From Octopus sinensis (lineage: Eukaryota), in NCBI RefSeq assembly GCF_006345805.1, contig NC_043007.1:18166001-18230000 (forward strand): DNA of 64,000 nucleotides. The letters are read 5' to 3'. This document shows, one piece after another, positions 54,411 through 64,000 of the stretch; position 1 is the first letter of the stretch, and the number at the start of each line of letters is the position of its first letter. Made by a program: the position numbers and the translations under genes. The notes under the pieces were generated by a model that was given only the letters and a program-made list of their open reading frames with translations, ran no database searches and was not told the origin of the DNA.

Positions 54411-54572
54411 GAGAGAGAGAGAGAGGAAGTCAACCCCAATGTTATCAATTTTAAAGGAATGGCAAATAAAATTGACCTTGGCAGGATTTGAACCCAGGGC
54501 ACAGAGAGCTGGGACAAATACTGCGAAGCATTCATTTCAATGTGCTTATGACTCCACGTAATTGCCATCTAA

Positions 54573-55417
54573 TTGATGATAATGATGATGATGACAACAA
54601 CAATAATGATGAGGATGAAGATGATGATGATGATGATGATGATGACAACAACAACAATATCGATGAGGATGAAGATGATAATGATGATGATGATGATGAC
54701 GACGACGACGACGACGATGATGACGATGAAGATGACACCACCATGTTCCCTCGTTCAACAGCAATGATAAAACATCTATTTCTATGCTGGATGGTGTGTG
54801 GTAGTAATTATCATCTTGTAGTTATTTATTCCTGTTTACTGCACTGTGAGTTCAAATCCTGCAGAAGTCTGACTTTGTTTTTGGCCTTCTGAGAAAGATA
54901 GATAAATGAAGTAATAGTTTATTTAAAAGGAATGGATTGGCAGGAATTGACCAGAATTGCTAGTATGTTCGATGAAAAGACTTACTGGTATCTCTTCTAA
55001 CTCTTTACATTCTTGAGTTCAAATTCTTCCCAGATCCTGCGAATGAGCAGAGATAATAATTCCTTATCCACAGAACCACAATTAATCTTGGAAAAACTGT
55101 AGTGGATGTAGAGGGATTGTGGTCATCTGCTACCACAGTCAAATGCTGCTGCTGCTGCTGTTGTTGTTGTTGTTGTTAAGCAACAAGACAGGTAAGGGTG
55201 ATTAGGTGATGGTCTAGGGCTTAGTGGTGGGAGACCTCTGACCTTGGAAAAAAAAAACTTTGGTCGTCTTGTTGTAGTCGAGGGCTCTTCATTGATGCCC
55301 GACACCACTGGGAGGTGGCCCTCGAAGTCGCTGGAACTGGAGATCTCCAGGTCCAAAGTCTTGGATGGCTGCTGCTGCTGATGGTGGTGGTGGTGATGAT
55401 GATGATGATGGTGATGG

Positions 55418-55450
<33 letters not shown>

Positions 55451-56114
55451 CGATGATGATGGTGGTGGTGGTGGTAATGGTGGCAATGGTGGTGGTGGTG
55501 ATGGTGGCGGTGGTGGTGGTGGTGGTGGTGGTGGTGGTGGTGGTGGTGGTGGTGATAGTTATTGTGATGATGATGGTGATGATGATGATGATGATGATGA
55601 TGTGATGATGGTGGTGATGAAGAAAACAGTGGTGGTGATGACGATGGTAATGGTGGTGGTGGTGATGGTGGCAGTGGTGGCGGTGGTGGCGGTGGTGGTG
55701 GTGGCAGCGACAGTGGTGGTGGTGGTGTAATTTTCGTCACTTGAAATCAAATACACAGTAAATTATGTAAATCTACCATCTGCTACTTGTGATAATTCTC
55801 TACTCTTTTATATAAGTTATTGATTTTCAATTGACTCAGCATAAAATTGATTTTCTTTTGATAAGTAGTCAGAGAGCCAATTTTTGAAGACACGAGGAAG
55901 GAAGACATGCTGACTGAATCTACCTCAACAAGGTGAGGCTGGAGCATGTGGCTCACAGCATCCTCGTCAAACTGTCCAATTTCGGGCCAGCATGGAAAAT
56001 GGACATTCATTGATGATGATGATGATTAGGATGATGATGATGATGATGATGATGGTGATGGTGATGATGGTGGTGGTGGAGGTGGTGGTGGTGGTGGTGG
56101 TGGTGGTGGTGATG

Positions 56115-56156
<42 letters not shown>

Positions 56157-56244
56157 AGGATGATGATGATGATGGTGATGATGATGATGATGATGGTGAT
56201 GATGGTAATGGTGATGGTGATGATGGCGGTGGTGGTGGTGGTGG

Positions 56245-56288
<44 letters not shown>

Positions 56289-56402
56289 TTGATGATGATG
56301 ATGATGATGATGATTAGTATGATGAATATGATGATGATGATGATGAATATGATGATGATGATGACGACGACGATGATGACAATGAAGATGATGATGATGA
56401 TA
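54573..56402. repeat. Three long compound (GAT)n/(GGT)n trinucleotide tracts (54573-54735, 55370-55727, 56011-56402)
   Basis: Seen directly. Confidence 0.95.
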
Positions 56403-56564
56403 TTACCGGTACTAATTAAACCATCCCCCCCCAGCCAGAGGAATAAATGATAAAGGAAGCTCAAACTGGAATTTGAACTGATGAAGTGGATCAGAGACCA
56501 TGCAAGCTATGGCCGAACAGCTAAATCCAGCTTTCAGCCTCATTTCATTCATGTTTTTGCTTCC

Positions 56565-56655
56565 TTATGATAAGTACTGCAATTTTTTCCTATCACTATC
56601 ACTAGTTCCTATCACTGTTTTGTTGTGATAGGAAAAATTGCCGTACTTATCATAA
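56565..56655. repeat. 91-bp hairpin/mini inverted-repeat element
   Basis: ttatgataagtactgcaattttttcctatcac ... gtgataggaaaaattgccgtacttatcataa. Confidence 0.85.
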
Positions 56656-56858
56656 ATAAAAAAAAATATGCTTTGAAAGAATCTGTCGTGAGAAAGATGA
56701 CAGGAAAAATTTTCTTATCTAGTTCCTCAAAATTACTCTATAAAAAGGTTTAGAAAGGTCATGAAGGATGAACAATGCAAGAATGAGTGACAAGGCCCTG
56801 TGTGACAAACCAAGGGTCACTGAATAATTTCCCAAAAATCAGGGTTTTTATAATTGCC

Positions 56859-57087
56859 TTAACTCTTTAGTGTTCAGATTATTCTGTCAAATGTGATGTT
56901 TGTTTATTTAAAATGGTTTGAATTAATCATTCATTATCTTGTGGTTTAGAGATTTCAATGATGTGATTTTTTTAGTTTTAGAATGACATGGCAGGGCTGA
57001 GGTGAGAGGTGAGATCTGGTCAGTTTCAATATAAAACAGGTTAAATATTTTGGCCGGATATGGCCGGTTTGAATGCTAAAGGGTTAA
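56859..57087. mobile_element. piggyBac-type MITE, family 2
   Basis: TTAA TSDs; reverse complement of 4261-4480. Confidence 0.85.
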
Positions 57088-57777
57088 GCCCAATTCTAAG
57101 AACCTTTCTTCATGGAAAAGAAACTTTCCATGAAGATTAAAATCAATGTATGGACAGTAAAATTGACCAATGGAAAACCGTAAGACATTTATAAATAAAA
57201 GACAGCCAACACGACTATGGTGTCATACTGTTGCTAAAGTCTTAACCGTTGCACTCTCTACAAAATTGACCCACTAGCCTGGAGCTAATGTAAAAGATGT
57301 TTGCCCAAAGTGCCCTGCAGTGTAACTGAACCCCAAAACCATGTGGTTAGCAAGCAAATTTCTTCACTACACACCCAGACTTGCACCTAGCACAGTTACA
57401 CCTGTGCCTATAACTTCTTTTTTTAAATATTTAGGCACAAAGCGGGAGAGAAGTTAGTTAATTACATCAACCCCAGAACTAGATAGGTACTTATTTCATT
57501 GGCCTTGGAGGGATAAGCAAAGTTAACTTTGGTGGGATTTGAACTTAGAATGTTAAGTGCCAAAATATATACGATAAAACAAAACAAATATTCTATCATC
57601 TGCCATAGATTATATTGCCCATCACAAATTCTACCATCAGCCACTGATCTAACATTGAAACTACTTTCTACCTCTGATGAGTTTACCATTTAGTACTGGT
57701 ACCACTATAGTGAATATATATTGATTAATTTGCTGTGGAAACAAAAATACATAGTCATTGCATTTATAACTTGTATA

Positions 57778-58280
57778 CCATAAATACTTGAGTATAGTCT
57801 GCCCTTGAGTATAATATGCAGGGGATTTTTAAGGGGCTGTACCTCTGAAAAACCTAAACCCTGTGTATAATACGCACCCATTCTCTAACTTGAGTCGTGC
57901 ACCTGGTTGAACAAACAATTCTGCACATGCATAATACAATAATGGTGATGTTCTTAACTGTTATATGGGAATGTAAATATGTTTGCAAATTGTTTTTGTT
58001 ACATGTTATTCTGAGTTGTGAATACTTTTATTTTAATAAATGTTGCTTACTGCAAGAAATGGATGATTCTTTTATGACTTCATTGCTTTCAGGCTTAGCT
58101 TAGATATTTCCACGCCTGACATCACAAAATGCGTCAGAATAAACATTGCCGGCAGCAAATCGAGACTTAGACATTGCTTAGAAAATATTTTTCATTTTTA
58201 ACCTCGCATATAATATGCACTAGGGATTTTGACCTTTAAATTTTGGGAAAAAAATGCAGATTATACTCGAGGATTTACGG
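57778..58280. mobile_element. pogo/Tc2-like non-autonomous DNA transposon
   Basis: TA|ccataaatacttgagtatagtctgc ... gcagattatactcgaggatttacgg|TA, with subterminal gtataatatgca repeats. Confidence 0.8.
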
Positions 58281-58422
58281 TAAGTCTATTTCTACCTTTT
58301 TGCACCTGAAAACATGGGAATAAGAAACACTGAATAGAGCCCATTTATGAAGCTCTTGCTACGAAGCCCTCTCTCACTTTTGAGGCAACCTGGGTCAATA
58401 TCCCGAGGAAAAAGGAGTTCAG

Positions 58423-58860
58423 TGTAGACAGTGTCCAAATAACAGGGACCACTACTGCAACATCTGTGAATGGAGCTGCAAATCTTGGAGAGACCTGAAT
58501 TCGAAGAAAGAGTCAAGATTTCTGATTAACTTCAACAGTATAAATATTTATTTCTTGATTCGTAATATAAATATTTCCTTCCTCTGGGCTAATTGGCAAC
58601 CTAGGAGCTTATTGGCGGTAGTCAAGTGGAGTGAGTCAGTCCTGCCCGTTCAAGCATAGCGGAAATGCGCCACGAGGTAGCAGCTCAAGAGGGCTGCTGG
58701 AGACACGCCTGTATCGTTCAGCTGCTCGCATCCAAGAGAGAGCTACAAGAGAATTTCGCTGCTGCTAGTTTTCTGCGCATGAGGGAACTTCTGGCAGGCC
58801 TTCCGGAAGACTCCAACCCTGCGCATGCATGCTGGAGATTTCCAAGATGGCGTCACTACA
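58423..58860 (-). promoter_or_regulatory. Possible solo LTR / promoter-like segment
   Basis: TGTAG...CTACA ends, AATAAA on the minus strand, clustered caagatggcg, tgcgcatg (x2) and ttccggaag motifs; no clean TSD. Confidence 0.4.
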
Positions 58861-59304
58861 CACAGGAGACAACATGACATAACATTGAACTAAGAACACA
58901 GTGCAGCTGTGTCCAGCCAAACCCTCGTTTGTCAAAGTGACAAAAAAGTCCAATACAATAATGTGCACTTCTACAGTTTTGCACCTGTAAGTTATGGATC
59001 TGTTCATTCAAATACTGGCAGGAAAATTATTCTACGTAATATAAATCAGTGTCAGATTATTATATTAACAGTTAATTTCACTTTATTTAATTTATAAACT
59101 TCAGTCCGTACATTCAGTGTGAAAGAGCGTTAATGTAGATTTAAATTAGTCATAAATGCATAAGTTATAATTAGTATAAAGATATTTATGAGAGTAAAAC
59201 TTAATTTATGAATATTAATGCTAGCTCGTTTTGAATAGCAAAAAGAATAAATAATTTCATTTTGTGTGATATTCACAACTGAAGTATATTTTGTCATGTG
59301 TATG

Positions 59305-59351
<47 letters not shown>

Positions 59352-59495
59352 CAGATTCATTCAGCTAGACATGTCATATATTTATATCATATTATAATGG
59401 CTAAATGCAAAGATCCTCTAGTAATAATGACTCTGATGCACTGAACAAAGAATGATATAATATAGTACACACACACATGCACTTAAATATTATAT

Positions 59496-59735
59496 ACTCT
59501 TTTACTCTTTTACTTGTTTCAGTCATTTGTCTGTTGCCATGCTGGAGCACCGCCTTTAGTCGAGCAACTCGACCCCAGGACTTATTCTTTGTAAGCCAAG
59601 TACTTATTCTATCGGTCTCTTTTGCCGAACCGCTAAATTACGGGGATGTAAACACACCAGCATCGGTTGTCAAGCAATGTTGGGGGGACAAACACAGACA
59701 CACAAACATATAAACACACATACATATATACATAT
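59496..59735 (-). mobile_element. SINE family A 3' half
   Basis: Sequence match. Confidence 0.88.
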
Positions 59736-60105
59736 ATCATCATCATCATCATCATCGTTTAACGTCCGTTCTCCATGCTAGCATGGGTTGGACGGTTCGA
59801 CCGGGGTTCTGGGAAGCCAGAAGGCTGCACCAGGCTCCAGTCTTATCTGGCAATGTTTCTACAGCTGGATGCCCTTCCTAACGCCAACCACTCCATGAGT
59901 GTAGTGGGTGCTTTTTACGTGCCACCTGCACAGGTGCCAGGCGAGGCTGGCAACGGCCACGGTCAGATTGGTGTATTTTATGTGCCACCGGCACGGAAGC
60001 CAGTCGAGGCGGTGCTGGCATCGGCCACGAGTCGGATAGTGCTTTTTACGTACCACCAGACCAGGGATCCTGGCTGGTTCAATTCGATTTCGATTTCGAT
60101 TTCGA
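59736..60105 (-). mobile_element. Family D retroposon with 3 modules
   Basis: Reverse complement of the family D structure; (GAAATC)n at its 5' side. Confidence 0.82.
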
Positions 60106-60480
60106 TATATATATATATATATATACAGATGCACACACATACATACATACGCATGCACACACATATATACATACATACACATGCAAACACACACACACAT
60201 ACATACGTACATGTATAGGCACACACACACACACACTGACCCACACACATGCGCACAAACAAACAGAAGGGAACGCAGTGTAAATAATGGACAGAGTCAA
60301 AACTTTTGAAAAGGTTGCAAGATGCAAAGAAAATTTTAGGAAAATAAAAAGACAAAATAAGTGGAACTTTAACTGTTGAGTGTGTTAAATAATAAGGTAC
60401 TAAAAGAGAATTTTAGTACATTGGCACTTGATAGCTTGTCCTGGCTTGTCTCTGGATCATGTCAATAGGGTGCAAAGGAT

Positions 60481-60912
60481 CAGTGACACGTAAAAGCACC
60501 ATCCGTTTCGTGGCCGTTTGCCAGCTCTGTCTGGCCCCCGTGTCGGTGGCACGTAAAAGCACCATCCGTTCGTGTCTGTTGCCAGCCTCGCCTGGTCCCC
60601 GTGCCGGTGACACGTAAAAGCACTATCCGTTTCGTGGCCGTTTGCCAGCTCTGTCTGGCCCCCGTGTTGGTGGCACGTAAAAGCACCATCTGTTCGTGTC
60701 CGTTGCCAGCCTCACCTGGCCCCCGTGCCGGTGACACGTAAAAGCACCATCCATTCGTGGCCGTTGCCAGCCTCGCCTGGCCCCCATGCCGGTGACACGT
60801 AAAAGCACCATCCGTTCGTGGCCGTTTGCCAGCTCTGTCTGGCACCTGTGCGGGTGGCATGTAAAAAGCACCCACTACACTCACGGAGTGGTTGGCGTTA
60901 GGAAGGGCATCC
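60481..60912 (+). repeat. Family D tandem array, 7 modules of ~60 bp, 3'-truncated
   Basis: gtgRcacgtaaaagcacc recurs about every 61 bp. Confidence 0.9.
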
Positions 60913-61384
60913 TCAAAATTTTAACTCATAACTCACCACAATTGCTTAATAAACACAACAAACCTTCACACTGTGTAAACACAAATTCTTCTGCACTTTT
61001 AAATTCTTCCATTAATCTAAATGTAAATTCACCCCGCCATGAATAACACCCACATACAAACCTCTATGATCGTTAGCACATACCCCACTATATCTCTTCT
61101 ATCAACCTAACTTCATCACTTTATAAGATAAATATTAATTCTTTAATTTATTCTTAAACCATAACCTAATAAATCCCCTAATATTTCATTCTAACTCCTA
61201 CTCCTCAAAAATTTAACACTCAACTAGTTTCCCCATTCACAACTACCTACACACCCATAACCCCTTTGCTAAAAATAACTCTACAGCCACTGACCTTAGC
61301 CAGAACGGACACAAGTATTTACTACTAGATTTCCTCCCCAAACCCTATAGACTAGGAGAATACCAGTGGCACCTACTACTCTCT

Positions 61385-62053
61385 TTAACCCTTTCGTTAC
61401 TGTATTTATTTTGAGATTCTCTGTGCTTCTTTCAATTACTTTAAATATAACAAAGGATTTAGTAAAATAACTTAGTTATCATTCAGCTAGTGTTAGGAAC
61501 ATAAATTGTGACTAAGGTTTGGTGGAAGATTTTAATTCAAAACTTATGAAAACAAGACATTTGTACTCAGAGCCAGAGCCAGTTTCAGCCGGGTTGGTAA
61601 CAAAAGGGTTAAAGTTATTCTCTGTGTATCCTAGCCATACATGTCCATATTAGTGCTGACATCATCTGCATATATTGGTCGATACCTTTAACTGTCCAGA
61701 GCAAAGGCTGTACCACGTGGACATATAATAACTTCTGTTGTAATGACCTAACAAAGGAGATTCCACATCATCACTCAGCCTGATAGAAATAGCAGTCTAA
61801 TCTCACTCAAATTGCAGTCTTCTGTTTAACCCTTTCGTTACTGTATTTCTGTTGAGATGTTCTGTGCTTCTTTCAATTACTTCAAATATAACAAAGAATT
61901 TAATAAAATAACTTAGTTATCATTCAGCTAGTGTTAGGAACATAAACTGTGACTAAGGTTTGGTGGAAGATTTTAATTCAAAACTTATGAAAACAAGACA
62001 TTTGTACCCAGAGCCACAGCCGGTTTCAGCCGGGTTGGTAATGAAAGGGTTAA
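61385..62053. mobile_element. Two family 1 piggyBac MITEs (61385-61612 and 61826-62053) in the same orientation
   Basis: Each has TTAA TSDs and ccctttcgttac TIRs; an extra TIR remnant lies at 62073-62088. Confidence 0.9.
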
Positions 62054-62618
62054 AAAAGAGGACTTAGATTATGTAATGAAAGGGTTAAATTCCTTTCATT
62101 TTACTTTATTTAGTTTATTTTGTTTTTTTACATTATCTTCTTCCTCCTCCTCCTACTCTCTCCTTATTTACCCTTATATATTTACTTGTTTATCTTCTTG
62201 GCTATTTTTGTACCCTATATTAGACACTATTTGTATATACCTGACTTTACCCTTAACGCCAATCCTTAACCTCCTCCTTCACTGTCTCTACTTCTCTTTC
62301 TATTTATTTATTTTTCTTTCTCTTTACCACATAATATCCACCCCCGCTACCATTTTGTGGTTGAATGTTGATGTTCATGTTTATTCTTGGGTATTTACAC
62401 TGTCAGAACTTTAACCTATAAAGATTTACGCAGAACTGCACCTAAGGACTTAACTTCTACACAATCAGAAAGTTGAATTTTAAAATTTTATGTTTCTTTC
62501 TTCTTCTCTTTCTTCATCTTATTTTTTTACTCCTTACCTCTATGTCATCATTTCATTAATCTATACCCTTCTTATTTTCTCTATTTGTCTCCGATGAGAC
62601 AAATAGAGAAAAAGCGCT

Positions 62619-62970
62619 ATCCGAATCGTGGCCGATGCCAGCGCCGCCTCGACTGGCTTCCGTGTCGGTGGCACGTAAAAAGCACCATCCGAATCATGGC
62701 CGAAACCAGTGCTGCCCCGACTGGCTTCCGTGCAGGTGGCATGTAAAATGCACCAATCCGACCGTGGCCGATGCCAGCCTCGCCTGGCTCCAGTGCAGGT
62801 GGCACGTAAAAAGCACCCACTACACTCACGGAGTGGTTGGCATTAGGAAGGGCATCCAGCTGTAGAAACATTGCCAGATAAGACCGGAGCCTGGTGCAGC
62901 CTTCTGGCTTCCCAGATCCCCGGCCGAACTGTCCAAACGGACGTTAAACGATGATGATGATGATGATGAT
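62619..62970 (+). mobile_element. Family D retroposon with 3 modules and (GAT)n tail
   Basis: As 44165-44575. Confidence 0.85.
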
Positions 62971-63101
62971 GGAATATCCCATACTCTGGGATATCCCAGA
63001 AACAGCTGTATGACTTTTAATGTTTTTTCTTTCCAATAATAACATGAGATGTTTACAACGTTTGTTGTCCTCTTCAACAATTGGCTGTGTGGTAAGTTAC
63101 A

Positions 63102-63497
63102 GGTGCAGGAGTGCTGTGTGGTAAGTAGCTTGCTTACCAACCACATGGTTCTGGGCTCAGTCCCACTGCGTAGCACCTTGGGCAAGTGTCTTCTACTATA
63201 GCCTCAGGCCAACTAAAGCCTTGTGAGTGGATTTGGTAGACAGAAACTCAAAGAAGCCCGTCGTATATATGTATATATATATATATGTATGTGTGTGTTT
63301 GTGTGTCTGTGTTTGTCCCCCAACATCACTTCACAACTGATGCTGGCATGTTTACATCCCCGTAACTTAACGGCTCGGCAAAAGAGACCGATAGAATAAG
63401 TACTAGGCTTCCAAAGAATAAATCCTGGGGTTGATTTGCTTGACTAAAGGCAGTGCTCCAGCATGGCTGCATTCATATGACTGAAATAAGTAAAAGA

Positions 63498-63500
<3 letters not shown>
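63102..63500 (+). mobile_element. SINE family A
   Basis: Full-length copy. Confidence 0.9.
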
Positions 63501-63549
<49 letters not shown>

Positions 63550-63551
<2 letters not shown>

Positions 63552-64000
63552 CACAAAACTCTACTTGTGAAGACCTGTTGAGGCAAGTGAGGATCAGAAT
63601 CGAAATCGATCAATGGAAATTGCAGATGTGTTACCAGTGCCGGTGGCATGTAAGAGAACCTTCCGTTTCGCGACTGTTGCCAGCGCCGCCCCGACTGGCC
63701 TCGTGCCGGTGGCACGTAAAAAGCACCATCCATTCGTGTCCGTTGCCTGGCCCTTGTGCCGGTGGCACATAAAAAGCACCATCCGTTCGTGGCCGTTTGC
63801 TAGCTCTGTCCGGCACCTGTGCGGGTGGCACGTAAAAAGCACCCACTACACTCACGGAGTGGTTGGCGTTAGGAAGGGCATCCAGCCGTAGAAACACTGC
63901 CTTATCTGACTGGGCCTGATGAAGCCTTCTGGCTTCACAGACCCCAGTAGAACCGTCCAACCCATGCTAGCATGGAAAACGGACGCTAAACGATGATGAT
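63550..64000 (+). mobile_element. Family D retroposon, longest copy (4 modules plus upstream segment)
   Basis: Upstream cttgtgaagacctgttgaggcaagtgag...gaatcgaaatcg segment, four modules, common 3' end and (GAT)n. Confidence 0.85.

Noticed and set aside
54488-56464. Poly-D/H/M/P/I ORFs
   Set aside because: Trinucleotide repeats are open in several frames on both strands; no domain or splice support.
56588-56632. Resemblance to the tet operator (cctatca..tgatag)
   Set aside because: Spacing does not match tetO and there is no vector or bacterial context.
60481-60912. CRISPR-like appearance (constant ~25-nt repeat every ~61 nt)
   Set aside because: The intervening segments are homologous to each other rather than unique spacers, there are no cas genes, the context is eukaryotic, and the array is part of a dispersed retroposon.

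Overview
A eukaryotic, repeat-dominated 64-kb window. The tRNA-derived SINE families, (TA)n/(GATA)n/(GAT)n microsatellites and the RTE/Penelope content point to an octopus (coleoid cephalopod) genome; this is my inference, not a database result. I recognise no intact host gene, and almost all ORFs in the supplied track are microsatellite or SINE artefacts. The window holds a decayed Gypsy pol (1-3960) split by at least seven younger insertions. It also has fragments of CR1, RTE (three types), Tx1/L1 and Dong/R4 LINEs. Penelope-like elements include a young-looking RT+GIY-YIG copy with inverted pLTRs, a second RT fragment, and three distinct hammerhead ribozyme motifs. DNA elements are piggyBac, mariner, Tc1, pogo-like, hAT-like and Helitron derivatives, alongside several SINE families. 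The most notable observations are (i) variable-length tandem arrays of a ~60-nt module that folds as a hairpin plus a compact H-type pseudoknot, (ii) a SINE whose 3' tail matches a Tx1 LINE in the same window, (iii) a non-coding hammerhead-bearing retrozyme-like unit, (iv) a large fold-back duplication whose arms supply each other's empty sites, and (v) a non-coding element sitting twice in one (ATT)n tract. A TE-poor island at about 8.6-13.7 kb may be the 5' end of a minus-strand host transcript.
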